From: Octopus sinensis
Lineage: Eukaryota
Assembly (NCBI RefSeq): GCF_006345805.1
Contig: NC_043004.1
Location: 71,858,001 to 71,922,000, forward strand
Length of the DNA: 64,000 bases
Direction of reading: 5' to 3'
The notes beneath the pieces are model-generated. The model saw only the letters and a program-made list of their open reading frames with translations, did not search any database and was not told where the DNA came from. Of the stretch, positions 48,631 through 63,589 are shown piece after piece (the stretch's first letter is position 1; each line of letters opens with the position of its first letter). Both the position numbers and the translations under genes were made by a program.

Positions 48631-48686
<56 letters not shown>

Positions 48687-49760
48687 GATAAAGATATTAT
48701 TATTAATTTTAAATATATAAGTGGCCAGTAAGCATAAAATAACCATAAAAGTAAAATTATTAGTTTATAATCAGGGCACCAGATAGTATACAGCTTGATA
48801 GAAATAAGAGTCAAAACGGCTCAAAAACAACATTTATCACTTATACTCACTGGTGAATACGAGGAAACGAGTAAATATAAAAAATAACTTCCCAATCTCG
48901 ATTAAAAATCGCAAATGAATTTGCAGAAGTATTCAAATCACGTGGTTTCGAACTTTGTGATAAAACACTTTGTGCTCATCAGTGAGAATCCGCGTCAATC
49001 TGTGCGTATTGACCATTTGAATGCAGCAGCAAATTCTAAGATGAACGAAGTGAATTAAATTTTAAAAATATCTAAAGATATTATTATAATAGAAAATAAC
49101 AAGTGAGCAGCTAGCATAAAATAACCATGTGTGTGCATGTGTGTATATGTGAGTGTGTGCGTGTGTGAGTGTGTGCGCGTATATGTGTGTGTACGTGTAT
49201 GTGAGTGTGTGTTTGTTTAGCTAACTATCTATCTATCTGTTTGTCTAGCTATATGTCTATATATCTGTCTATCTATCTATCTGTCTGTCTGTCTGTCTAT
49301 CTGTCTGTCTGTCTATTATTATGTTATCTAACACATAACATAATACAGAACACTACTAACCTTTCAATTAATACCACTATTTCCCATATATCCTGTACAC
49401 CATTCACATTACAGATATATATCTAACCTAATTGCACCAAATCCAGAACTACTTACTTCCGTTACACATAATCTTTTTTCTCGGGGACTAATAGACCTGA
49501 CACCGTTCATTAATCGGTGTGCATTCAAAGCAATGATTAGTAATTTACTAAACCGGTATGCTTTTAAATCTCTTTAACAATTCACAATAATGACTTTTAT
49601 TACTTTAATTCCTACCTCAGTCCATTTAATTGTATATATCTATCGTTTCTTTTCATAAAATGCCTTTACTATTTTTGATTTCCCCTGTGTATTTTCGCTT
49701 ATTTTTCTTCTTACTTTCCCCTTACATTTCCACGTATAGTTTCTATTTTCTTTTTGTAAC

Positions 49761-49816
<56 letters not shown>

Positions 49817-50879
49817 TACGTAGTCCACGGATGAGATTCAGAAATTCTCATTATAGAATACACGTTGGAATGCTTAAAAGAGTCAAACTTAGAGTCCGAT
49901 GCCTTTGCAGGTGATCGATTCCGCATAGTAAAGGATGGCTGTAAGAGGGATCAGGTTGAAAGGGTATAGAGACAATAATGCAGATAAACCTCCTTATAAC
50001 TTCTCTTCTACTTTTCCATATACTTTAGTAATTTCCCTCTGCCACTGAACTTGACACTTCCCTCAAATAATTCCTATTCCTTTATTTGCTATCTCAACCT
50101 CCAATGATTCTATAGCTGTTATCCCTAAACTTTGACCCCTAAACACAAATATCACACAACTCACTACAATTCAAATGCAATATTTTCTACCTCTCCTCTT
50201 CATCTCCCAAATCTCCACCTCTACTACCACCTCCATTAGTACCCTCGTTATTAACTCCTCACTTTTCCTGAACTATCTTTTCTCCTCTCACCATTCCCTG
50301 TCTTAATACCCACATAACCCACCGACTTTCCCATTCCACCATCTAGTACAACTATCTCTTCACATTTAATCATTCCATCTTTGAACTTCTCTTCATTAAG
50401 ATCTGAAATGTAGATCCTTTCCACCATGATGACGGAGGCTCGTCTCATCCAATGTTGATTGTATCCATTATGGCCACATATTGAAATGAATCACATCTAC
50501 CAACATTATGATGGATCTCCGAGCCTCGAGAAACAGCTGTTGAACTTATAACGCCTTTTTTCAAGCCCTTTAATTTTCTTTGTCGTTTGTACTCTCTCTG
50601 TAAGTAGGATCTATTAATGTAAATATCTGTATTTTTATACTTAAAAATTCATAATCTGAAAGTCTCCACCATTTCCTTTCTCTCGTCTTGCGTGTATCCA
50701 TAAATACATATTTTGTATTTCATACCCAAACTATTATATTTGATATATTCAATATATTTAATGTACTTAATTTGTTTATATGCATAATTGCCTGTCTGTC
50801 TGTCTATCTGTCTGTCTGTCTCTGTCTCTGTCTGTCTGACTCTCTCTCTCTCTCTCTCTATCACAAACTCTCTCTCTCT

Positions 50880-51015
50880 CTGATGGGCCACTCCACTTTA
50901 GACCTCACCGACTTCGGCATTGCCCGACACTAGGGATCCACCAACTTTAGACTACGTCTGGAACAGCACAACATTTTCTCTCTACGTACTCGGACACCTT
51001 TTGGATTCAACACAA
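50880..51015 (+). pseudogene. Neptune-type PLE C-terminal fragment
   Basis: H..DL..FGI..H.GS..RLRLEQHNIFSLRTRTPFGFN. Confidence 0.55.
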
Positions 51016-51371
51016 CTCCCCCTCATCGGTGACTTTCCCCACACAACGTTTAAAAAAATATTCTATATTATTTTTTTAATTGTTTATTAGTTTTCTTTAT
51101 TTTCTGTTACTGATTTATTTATATAATCTTTTTCATTTATATTTTATATTATTTTCAATTTATATTTTATACTTTTATATTCCTTTGTTTTCTCATGTTT
51201 TTATTATTTAACTTGTATTTTTAACTTAATTTCTTTCACATACACACACCTTCATACACACATACACTCATACTCATATATACACATACATTCATAAATA
51301 CTCATACACATACACAAGTACACACACACACCCACATATTTGCTTCCACACTCTCATACACACATATACAT

Positions 51372-51752
51372 AGACACTCCGTCGGTTACGACGACGAGTG
51401 TTCCAGTTGATCCGATCAACTGAACAGCCCGCTCGTGAAATTAACGGTGCAAATAGCTGAGCACTCCACGGACACGTGTACCCTTAACGTAGTTCTCGGG
51501 GAGATTCAGCGTGACACAGAGTGTAACAAGGCTGGCGCTTTGAAATATAGGTACAACAGAAACAGGAAGAAAGAGTGAGAGAAAATTGTGGTTAAAGAGT
51601 ACAGCAGGGTTCGCCACCACACCCTGCTGGAGGCTCGTGGAGTTTTAAGTGTTTCCGCTGAATAAACACTCATAACGCCCGGTTTGAGAATCGAAACCGC
51701 GATCCTACGACCGCGAGTCCACTGCCCTAACCACTGAGTCATTGCATCTCCG
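51372..51752 (-). mobile_element. tRNA(Arg-like)-derived SINE family 3
   Basis: Minus-strand head GGAGATGCAATGACTCAGTGGTTAGGGCAGTGGACTCGCGG...GTTTCGATTC; degraded plus-strand copy at 52695-52970. Confidence 0.8.
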
Positions 51753-53311
51753 CCATACGCACAAATACATATACACACACTCACACATATCCATATGAAC
51801 ACCTACAAACACATACACACTTATAACAACACCAATGTATACATACCCTTGTCATCCCGCCCCTTACACCCTACCACACACCACACTCACACCCTACCAC
51901 ACACCGCACTCACACCCTACCACACACCACACAACACACACACACACACACGAACATACGCACACATCACCGCGCTCACACACACATACACACATACAAG
52001 TACACCTACACACGGACACATACATGCGCCCGCCCGCACACATACTCATCTGCACGCACAGATAATACCCACACCCTTGGCTACACCAACGAACCCACAC
52101 ATAATCCCCCTGCCCCTCTCACGCAAGCATACACAAACGCATAGACACACACACGAATGCACATATACCTCTACTCACACAACGCACACACACACATGCA
52201 GACATGCACATGCTCCTACATACACTTCCACACTGTCGAGAAAGGTGAAAGCTTTTTGAAAACTTTGTGTTGGCCTCTGAGCAGGTATCGCCAAGCTTTA
52301 GGCAAAATTTGATGCAGATTCTCTGTTCAATCTACTCTGTCATGTTCAGTGCGATGATCACACGCTACACACGTTCCTGCCAAGCGCTGTTGTAAACAGC
52401 GGAAGTGTGCTGAAACGTTTAAACTTACTGCGCATACATAACAGAGTTCAAGATCAGTCAGTACCAAGCAGCTTTACTCTGTGCATTAGTTTCGTTACTA
52501 TGTCAACAGTCCGGATACTTATTAATCAAACTACGTATGTGTGTGGTATATGTGTGTACATACATACTCACACACATACCTATACATCAATATATCTATA
52601 TCTATATCTATCCATCTATCAACTTTCATCCTCACTCCCTCATTTTATACACACAGACATATATGTACATATAAATATATATTATATCTTGAGAAAGGCC
52701 TCGTGTCCTGGCTGTTACGGTGTTACACTCATGATCGCATGATGGTAGTTTCGATTTCCAGTCTGGGTGATGTGTAAAATTCTTGAGTAAATCACACAAT
52801 TTAACGCACCTTACACGTGTGGAACTCTTGTACACCTGTACAGGCAATGTAGATTTGAAGGTGGGGGTTAGGTAATGCACAGCACAAACGCTTACTCACA
52901 GGTAAAACAAATCATCCTTATTGGTCGTTCAGCTAGAATCTGCAGAAGCCTCATATATTGTCTACAAAAGAAGTGTCAGGAATTTCTTGAGTTTACACAT
53001 AGAAGCACGACTATCACTGGTCCTGTAGTGTGTTTAGTGCTCAGCATAAAGTATCAGCATCTTGCATCAAGTAAACTAGTATGGTTAATACTGAATATAA
53101 CAGTATTATTGGTTGTGATATACAAAACAAATACAGGTTAAAGCATGATAAGCACACGATGTCGTTCATATAATTTATTCCCTACATACAAGAATAACAA
53201 CGCAGGAAATGACTGGTATAATCAGCACCGTGTATATTTACATATATTGATATGTAAATATATATACGTATACACACATAATCACACACATATGCTTCAA
53301 GAATTTATTTG

Positions 53312-53353
<42 letters not shown>

Positions 53354-54289
53354 GACAGGTTTTCAGTTCCGTCAACAAAATCTACTCACGTAGCTTTGTT
53401 CCACCCGATGCTATAGCAGAAGGCATTTGGGCAGGGTGCCACGCAGTGGGACTGAACCTGAAATCTTGTGGTTGGGAAGCAAACGTCTTAACACACTACC
53501 ACACCTGCGCCTATACTTGAGCTTTTATTATGATCTCGTTTAATATGAAAGGTAAAGTCGAATACAGACTAAATAGTACCTTTTTCTAAATAATAATGAT
53601 TTCTAAAATAAATGAAAATCAGGCAGGAGACAGACAAAAAGAAAAGGAAATCTTGCTACAGTAGAATTTGAAACCAGAATTTAAATGTACGTAACTGAAT
53701 ATTAAATATACTTTATAAATGGAACCATGACTTCTTCGAACCCACCGTCCTTCCTTCCGTCATCTATGGATATGAGATATGATAATAATAAAATCAAACG
53801 TAATGAAAGTACATATCACTTAAAGTATTTTTCAACACAGATTTATAGAAACAATTGCGGTTACTATCAATCATTTGATTCCTAATAAAATGAATTCACT
53901 TACCTTTAAGATTTCTTGAAATTTGATCAACCAGAAGTGTCTTACAGGAAACAATATCTTCTGCGTTTTCCAGTTTCGATAAACAAGATTAGTTTTTTTT
54001 ATCTTTTAGTTCTGACAATTCAGGAAATCAGACGACGGATTAAAACACAATATCGTCAGATGTTTTCCAACGTTTTAAGGATACTTGAACGTACTTGCCC
54101 TCTAAGTCTAGATGCTGTCGTCAGAATCTTTCAGCTTTCTTCAACACGTTCTTAAACTTCTGGTCGTATGCTGCGGTTTTTTTTCTCTCCAGAATGCTTT
54201 GATATAAGCTTTAAGATAAGCTTCCTTTTCAAGTCTGTTTCCACTTCTATCCACCGACCTACGCAAATAAACTACTTGACACAGGTTAC

Positions 54290-56610
54290 ATACATTTATA
54301 GCTGTAACTTTTTAGACACCCTGTTAAAACCACTCCTCAAACATGTCAAAAGCTATATAAGGGACGACTTAGATATGCTCAATCACCTACCGAATACTAT
54401 AAACAAAAACACCATACTGGTATCCTTCGATGTAATCAACCTCTACTCCAATATCCCCCACAACCTAGGACTAGAGGCAATCTAATTCTGGGTAGAAAAT
54501 CACGCCAACGAACTACCACATCGCATCAAAAAAGAATTCGTGATAGAAGGGGTTAAATTCATCCTGGAAAATAACTTCTTCGCCTTCAATGACAACTACT
54601 ACCGACAAAAATCGGGGACTGCGATGGGTACACGAATGGCCCCCTCCTTTGCCAACCTAGTCATAGGATATCTAGAGATCAGTCTGTATCGTAAGGTTCT
54701 AGAAAGATATGGCAAGCCCTTTCTCCATCTACATAGAAAACAACTGGAAGAGATATCTAGATGACTGTTTCATCCTTTGGCATAAAAATATAGAAAACTC
54801 ATAGAATTCCAGGAAATTTTAAACGGACTGGACGTAAACATCCAATTCACGATGGAATATAGCCAGCAACAACTCCCCTTCCTCGATATCCTCATTAAGA
54901 AAGCTAATAATATAATAGAAACAGACATATATTATAAGCCTACAGACTCTAAGCAATATCTTCCATTCAATTCATGCCACCCCAGACACACCAGGATGAA
55001 TATCCCCTTCAACCTAGCAAAAAGGATATGCACTATAGTCTCGAACGCAAACACCAGAGACACACGACTACAAGAACTAAAAGATACCCTTATCACCAGG
55101 AACTATCCACCTTCACTTATTGACAAGTGCATTCATCGTGCCCTTCAACTTAACATCAAGGAACTGAGACATCCCAAATCAAAGAAAAACTTACAACCAA
55201 AAGCCTTACCATACATCTCCACACACAACCCTCTCAATAACGAAGCCTTCGGCACCATCCTCCACAACATACCCCTCCTAAAAAAGACCACAGAATGAAC
55301 ACAATCCTCCAAACACACACACGATCATAAAAAGCAAGAGACAGCCTAAATCCATGAAAAGTCTCCTAACACAAGCCCGAATTCACTCTTCAACACAGAA
55401 GCCGACAGTAAAAAAATGTGGAAGACCCAATTGCGGGATATGCGACTATCTAATTGAGGGATCAGAGTTCTCCTTCAAACAGGGACAACGGTTACAGTGA
55501 AAAGCAACTTCACATGTGCTTCGGATAACCTAATATACTCACTAACCTGCTCCGGGTGTCAAGAGCAGTACATAGGCCAAACAAAAAATAGTTTGCGTAA
55601 ACGAATGGCCCTGCACAGATCCCATATAAAATTCCCCAAAACAGAAAAATAGCTTTTAGCCACACATAGATACTTGCGCCAACAAAAAAACACCAAGCTT
55701 CAGGATTTTCCCCCTCTACCAATTTAGGGACGATACAACCTCGAGACAACGAATAAGTAAAGAGACTCTCTTTATTGCAAAATACAGGCCACTTCTTAAC
55801 GGGTCTACGACAAACAATTAATATACCTCAACTTTAGAATAAAAGAAATATTCACACACAAATATTACATTCCAAAGAATCCATTACTAATCACAGCTAA
55901 AATCACAGCTATAATCCACAACATGCCAACTTCAAGTCATACAACACCTCACTACTTTAACCCATTCATATTCTCCCTTCTCTGTTTTTTTCTTCTTCTT
56001 CTTCATCATCATCATTATCATCATCATCGTCGTCATAACCATCACCACCATCACCATCATCGTCATCTTCTCCTTCTTCTTCTTCTTCTTCTTCTTCTTC
56101 TTCTTCTTCTTCTTCTTCTTCTTCTTCTACTTCACCTTCTACCCCTCAACTTTGCCACTAAGGTTTTTTAGTATAACACCTACGCAAATTCTATAAACAA
56201 GCCTTTCAATAGAAATATTCTCCTGAATTGAACTGCGACTGCCAGCCGCCACTGACCATTCAAAATACGACCATCAGGGCACTCCCAGATTCTCCCACCC
56301 CCTTTCCTCATCAGCCTTCTTCCTCTACTACCCTACCTACCAGAACTCACAACGACCTCCAACACACAAGTGCAAACAAGGGAGTCAGAGAAAGGCAGAA
56401 TGCTACTTATATCTGAACACTACTATAGAAATATTCCTTTAAAAAACTTTTCTTCTAATTTTTCTAAATTTAATTATTTAATCGTTACAGTTGAAAAGGT
56501 CTCAAAATGACCGAAACCGGTACTGAAATGTTCACTATAAATTATTTTAGCATTTTCTATTTTTGACTTGTTTTTTCATATATATCAACTCGTGTGTTCC
56601 TTTTTACCCT
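54290..56610 (+). mobile_element. 5'-truncated Neptune-type PLE (RT, Cys linker, GIY-YIG; pseudogenised ORF to about 55820)
   Basis: SFDVINLYSNIP, GTAMGTRMAPSFANL, WKRYLDD, PFLDI, KPTDSKQYL..SCHP, CGRPNCGIC, TCASDNLIY..CSGC..YIGQT; degenerate hammerhead at 56485-56526. Confidence 0.92.
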
Positions 56611-56611
56611 T

Positions 56612-56645
<34 letters not shown>

Positions 56646-57537
56646 AATATAAGAGAGTGGTCACTATATGGCTCACTCTAGCACTAGTTAATCCAAAAGG
56701 TTTCAACCACAAAAATACATGTTTCCCATGAAAGTCAGTACGATTGTTAGATATATATATATATACATTTAAACAATAAGGGTAAAAAAATTGAATATTA
56801 ATTTGATTAATATCAATTTAAACCAGTGGCCTAGCATATTAAAAAATCTGAAGATTCAGTAAAGTTATATTACATACATATAAGAGGGATGACCACTAAG
56901 TGGACATCCAATATGCTAGATGTAAATCACATGTGGTCTGACCACTAAGAAAAAATTGTTCTCAATTTCAGTTTCTGTCTACCAAATTCACTCACAAGGT
57001 TTTGGTCGACCCGATGCTATAGTAGAATTATGCAATTTATATCATAAATACAATGGTGGACATGTAAAATGATTTATGCTACTCTAAAATTAAATTTTCT
57101 TTGCATTATGTTAGCATCAAAACGGCTGTCATTCTATGGATGTCGCCTATGTGAAATAAGTACATTCATCTCATATATCCTGACATTTTTAGGTTATACA
57201 TACAGCTAATGAAATAATTTTCGCTCCTTGAATTTACTGGATTTCAACTACACAATACTCCAAAGTAGACTCCTACGTACTGGTTTATCATGTGGTTTGT
57301 AGCCGGGTCCACCAAAGGAGCTCTTTGAAATTATCACTGGATAATATATAAATTCATATATTGTGCATTGAATATATATGTATATGTATGTATGTATGTT
57401 TATATATATATATATATATATTAATATATATATATATATCAATTTAAACTAGAACAAGCAAGAAAAACAACGAAAACTTGGACGTGGGACAAGTACAGTG
57501 CTACTGGACGCTCAGGAAAAGAAAGAAAAGAAAGAGG

Positions 57538-57572
57538 ATTTAACGTTTCGAGCGGAGCTCTTCATCAGAAAT
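57538..57572 (-). ncRNA. Minimal hammerhead motif in PLE pseudo-LTR
   Basis: Minus strand TTT-CTGATGA-A-GAGC TCC GCTC-GAAAC-GTT-AAA. Confidence 0.6.
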
Positions 57573-57653
57573 ATAGAAAATGTCCAAAGAAGGGAGGACG
57601 GAGAATGAAAATCGCCAACGATACACACGCGGGCCACATATTGAAATATATAT

Positions 57654-57692
<39 letters not shown>

Positions 57693-58189
57693 ATATATAT
57701 ATATAATTCTGATCTTCTGTGTTGGCTAGATGAAACATCGATAGCGACAACTGGAACTTCATAAGCTGTAAGCACTAATGTCGTAGAAGAACCATCGATA
57801 AATACCATTACTAACACAAATTAACAAATTCTAGGAAAATTAATCGATATGGAGCTTAAGCCATGTAGGTTTGGATGAAATGATGCCCTTTTTAAAGAGC
57901 AAACACTTTCTATTCGGAAAATCTGTGTTTGTTGGTGTGGTGTGTGTGTGTGTGTGTGTGTATGTTTGTGCTTGTGACAGGAGAGATCTTGTATATCTCA
58001 AGGGCCTTGAGCAGCCTATTATGTAGGACGCTATCAAATGCTTTTGCTTCGGCACTTCTCTAAAATCGTGTTACTTGTAAATGATTATTCTTTGAACCCA
58101 TGAGAATTCCGTTTACAGCCATTATGTTCATTTTGTTGGGTAAAAACAGTGAGTTTATCCTTGTATGTTTACCGAGAGGTGTTGTAGAG

Positions 58190-58230
<41 letters not shown>

Positions 58231-58968
58231 GTGTTTCTATACATACATCCGTCCATGTATTTGTATTGCAAGGTTCCTATTTTGAAATCGTTTGTTTCCT
58301 CCTAATCTGAAAACAACAGCAGGGTTGTGGGAGGGAGAGTAGTGGAAGAGGTCACGGGTTGTGTGACAGACGAAAGGACACTAAAATGTGTATAATAACA
58401 AGGCCGAAGTGGAAACCAAGGATATAGTGCATATGGTTAACTGGCAAAAATATGACCATACCCTAGTATAATATTTTGTGTACAAACACGCGCCGCGCAA
58501 ACACTTACACACATATACACACAAAAAGCCTACATCTCACACAAACACACACATCTCAGATTCACACACTTTTCAGAGTCGTCCTCTAGGTTTTTAAACC
58601 CTGCAAAAGAAGTCCGATGAATGGGCCCCCAACCGGCCCTTTCGTGATACCCATAAAGCCAGGAACATTTCGCCCCCCATGTTTCATCTATAACAATGGA
58701 GTCAACAATGATTATCTATTGATTAGATCTTAGTCTCAGTTACACGATCAATAATAGGATGTAATTATTGTTATTATTAATTTTTTTTTATTAGCTTAAC
58801 ATCATTAATCGAGAGTTTATGTCTCGGCTTCTACATGTTTCAACTTGTTACTTCTCTTAATATTCATGAGCATCTTTGCCTATTCTTCATATTCCCTTTA
58901 CATGGAAGATGGTGACGGACATCTCGGCTTTATTATTATTAATAAATATACATAGAAACACACACAGA

Positions 58969-59271
<303 letters not shown>

Positions 59272-60705
59272 GACAGGCATATAGATAGAAACAGAGACAC
59301 ACACAGAGAGTTCAAATTTAAAGAAAAAAAAGACGAAGTGAGCTATAAGAACAACAAGTAGGTGTATTAGTTTAACGCTCGGGAAACATGGAAATGGATT
59401 TTAAGTTCCGATTCTACGCTCTTCGACAGAAAGGTATAAGAGCAAAAGAAATTGAGAGAATCAAAAGAGAAACGGAGAGCGAAAAAACCTTGTAGAGTTC
59501 AGCTGTCCATTCAATTATATATCTACTATCATTATTTAAAATTATGCATATCTACTACAGATTTTTTTGTATTGCATGCGCAATGATATAGAGTAACCAG
59601 CCGCAGTTAACTGAAGAATATCTACATCTCTGTGACTCAACGAATTTCTTTCCTATAACTTTTAAAAACATGGATATTTAATACGCTTCAAATGGTGTAA
59701 ATATGGTGTCGATTCAGATTATTTTGAAATTTGTTGGGATTTTAAATTTTCATAAAAATATGATGCGGCACAGGGTGCATGTGTGGCAAGTATCTTGCTT
59801 ACAGGCGGTTGACGGCACACTGCCGGCATGACCTGAAACTTTGTCGATGGGAGGTGTACCACCGACAGAGGAAACTCTGGACCCTCCCAGAGCGATGAGA
59901 GATGATTTTGTTATCTTCCATAAAGGAGGGGCATTACAGAGCTCCTTAAGGAACTTAGAGTGCCGGAGGGAGAAGCCCTTGCCCTGAACTGAAGACCCAG
60001 ATTGGCCTCTGCAGGTGACTATGGAGTTCAGATCGGAAGTCGATATGTTCAGGGTGTTGAACTCCTTCCCGAAGGAACAATTTAGGTTCGCCTTCTGGGG
60101 CCCTGACCTGGAGCTGGAGCTGGAGCTTTGCCTACGGGAGGCATACAGCCTGGTTGGGGAGGTCACCTGGTGGGATTATTATTTGTATGGACTTAAAGAT
60201 TGATCGCTATGTAGTATATAATTTAATTATTGTAGGTTTACTATCGAAAGCATTAAGTTTTTTTTTTCCTTTTAAAATTATTTACATATCTGTTCGGTGG
60301 TTTCACATAATTTATTCATTAAAACTTACTAAAACTTCAGAGGTCCCCATAACTTTCATCGTCGTAATGCTTTGCTTTCCTTTATTTAATAAAAATTGCC
60401 TCCTCGTAGTGATTTTGATTTCATTTTGTGATAGACTGTTATCATGCGGAAAATGCCAGCTTCCAAATCCTGTGTTTTGATGAGGTAAAATTTATTAAAC
60501 TTTAAACATCAATAATATGTTTTCTGTAATTTTTATGTCAGAATATATGACAGCAACAGGGAAGACTCTACATAACACAATCGGATTTAACGTGGAAAAG
60601 TATTTCAATATGCCAAATTTGAAACTGTTGACGTAATTTTATATGACAGCAACAGAGAAGGCCCTACAAAAGTAAAAGGACTGGTAGTTATAGGATGTGA
60701 CACAA

Positions 60706-60739
<34 letters not shown>

Positions 60740-61969
60740 TTACAAACGTTCACACAGGTTTTAAATGGTGTATGTGTGTGTCTATGTGTGAGTCTTTCTT
60801 TGCGATGGATAGCAGAAAACTCATTTATCATCTCTCTCCTTAAAGCTACGTATTCTTCACACATACTTTTCTCTTCCTCGGCGTTTTAAAAGTTACTTGT
60901 GTGTATGTGTGTTTGCGTACGTGTGTGTATGCGCGCGTATGCGTGTATGTATCTGTGTGTGTGCTTGTGTCTATGGATTTCTGAAAGTATGTATGCAGCG
61001 TCACGTGTATATGACAGCTGTATTAACGTTACCGTTTAATTGCTCTCCATATTTTCGCGCACAAAACTCTGTTCTTCTCTTCCCTGATATCAATCACACT
61101 TATTATGCGACTAGATTTACCACACACTAACATTCTTTGTACCCTTCTCATTTCATTATATCATAGCCGAAACCCCTTAGAGGGACCACTATAGATTTTT
61201 ACTGAAATCCAATTAGCTTATAATTTTATGTTTGGCCAGATTCAAGACTGGTCCACTGATGTAGGCTGCAAGATGGTAACAGACATTCCCTGTGTAGTAT
61301 ATATACATACATACTTACACACACACACACACACCACACACCCACACACACACACACACAACACACACATATATTATATATATATATATATATAATATAT
61401 ATAGACTTCACAGAGACAACAGGTTAAAGCCGTTTGGAGGTGAGGTTTAAGAAGTTGGAAGGAGAGAGTGACGTGTAGTGTCAGAATTAAACAGGAAACG
61501 CTAAGCTGTGAGAAGTTAAGAGAAGTTAGTATAAGTTAAGGCAATCCTGAACATGACAGGAGGAATGAACATGTAGTAGAAAGTGACAACTCAGAAATTA
61601 GCAATGAGCGATTGAGAAACGAAAAACGAGCAAGGAAAAGTTATAACTAAAAGTACAATTGAAGAGATGCAAAAATAGTAAGAAATGAAAAGTTGAGTCA
61701 ATGTGAAGGGGTGAGATTTTAATAGATTACATGGAGTGAGAGGAACCTTGGAAGTCCGCGTTTTAAATTCCACAAAATTTGAAAATACTCCCAAAATCTC
61801 TGTAGTGATATAGAGAAATTGCCAACGCCTGATGGCTTTAAGAGAGAGAGAGGGACAGAGGGAGAGAGGGAGAGATGGACAGATAGATGTGACCTCCTGG
61901 TGACATGTGGTCTATATATATCGTTGTTGATAGTTTTTGAATTAAGTATAAGTTAACATATGTCTGTGC

Positions 61970-63500
61970 TTTTGGATCTATAATCATTCATTGGACGTTC
62001 AAAAGTGGTTATTGCTGGCGTCGGTCAAACGCTCCGGGGGCAGAAAGAGAGTTTGCAGACTATTGAGGCCGAGCGCCCTTTTGCTGAGGAAATGTGCTCC
62101 AATATATTAAGAAGTTTTAAATCTTCATCTGTTGTCCTCAGGTGTAATTGTCTTTCTTTTATTGTTCAGGGGAGATAATGTCCTAGACACCGTATATTAC
62201 GCGAGTTTCAAAACATAGCCGGCGCTGCTCGTTGACTGTTTTCGTTTGATGGGCCCGACACTGGTTCAGACAGAATGTGTCCTGTGTGTTGCTATGGTGG
62301 GAGAGGTAGCATCTGAGGGTGGGGCCTAGCCCCGTGATTCTGACAAGGAGCCCCGATCTTTTGACGTTGTACCTTATCTTGTTCTCTACTTGTCCTCCAT
62401 AGTATGGAAGGTTGATATTTATAACCATTTATTACTTTTTCGTTTCCCTCTTTCTTCCTGTATATTTTTCTCATAACTTCGATCGTTGTTGAAGTTGAAG
62501 TTATAACTTCTGATGTTGGTGGTGTTTTTGTTGTTGCTGTTGTTGTTGTTGTTGCTGCTGCTGCTGAGGTGGCGTTGCTGTCGACGCTGTTGTTTTTGTT
62601 GATGTTATTGGTGTTTGTGTTGTTGTCGGCGTTCTTGTTCCTGTTGTTGTAATCGTTGTCGTTGTTACTGCAGCTGTCACAGTTGTTCTTCTTCTTACCT
62701 TTTACCTCCTCTTGTTCTCGCTGTTGTTATTACTATTTGCAGAATCACCTTCTGGGTGTTGTTGTTGTTGTCATCGTTGTTATTATAATTATTAACATCA
62801 TAGGTTCTTCGGTCGTCGTTGTTGTTGCCGCTGTTGTTGTCGCTGCTGTTGTTGCCGTTCTTGCTGCTGTTGCGCTACTGCTGTTGTTGGGGTGGCGGTC
62901 TTGTCGTGATGTCTTGGTTCTCGTTGTGCTCGTGTTTAGAGTTTTACACGCTTTCCCGACCAATCTAGATCTGTATCTTCTACTGTAAAGTAACCCTGGC
63001 GAAATCCGTGCTTACATCGTATTTCATATCAGCATCGTCGCATCTGTTTATTCGGTGTTTGAACTCATTAACGGCCACGTTATGTCTCTACGAATGTGGA
63101 TATGCTGAATGCGAATGGAGGAAGATGATTTTCTTCGCCACTTTCCCGAAGGCCCAATGTGAAGGCAATGTTGAAGTTCAAGAGGCCCAGCCAGCCATTT
63201 TGGGCTGGAAGTTCGATGTTGAATTGAATATTCAGGGACAGGCTGTTAAAGACGCTGTGGATCCTGATCGTCGTGTCCCTGGATTTAGTGAAGACGAAGG
63301 CATCACCGACAGATCTGCGGTATAGGATGAGGTGTCGTCCTGCCTGGACTGCTTTGCCTTCCAGTTTATCAAGCAATAATTATTGTATATAAAGGGTGCA
63401 GTGATGCACCGATAAACCGCTGATGGAATATCTGCCTGGGGTTAAACTACTAGTAACATGGAACAGCCACTTTGACTTGGCGATTGTCTATATAGTTACT
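61970..63500 (-). mobile_element. Degraded PLE of a further lineage with a low-complexity insert
   Basis: YRRSVGDAF (degenerate YVDD), IQFNIELP..GWLGLLNF, FLHSHSAYP, INLPY, C..C...C..RVIY. Confidence 0.65.
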
Positions 63501-63589
63501 ACTCTGATCTCATCTTGAGATTTTCCAACTCGCTGTATTGCTTTTATGTATATATATATATATATATATATATACATCCGTGTATCTGC

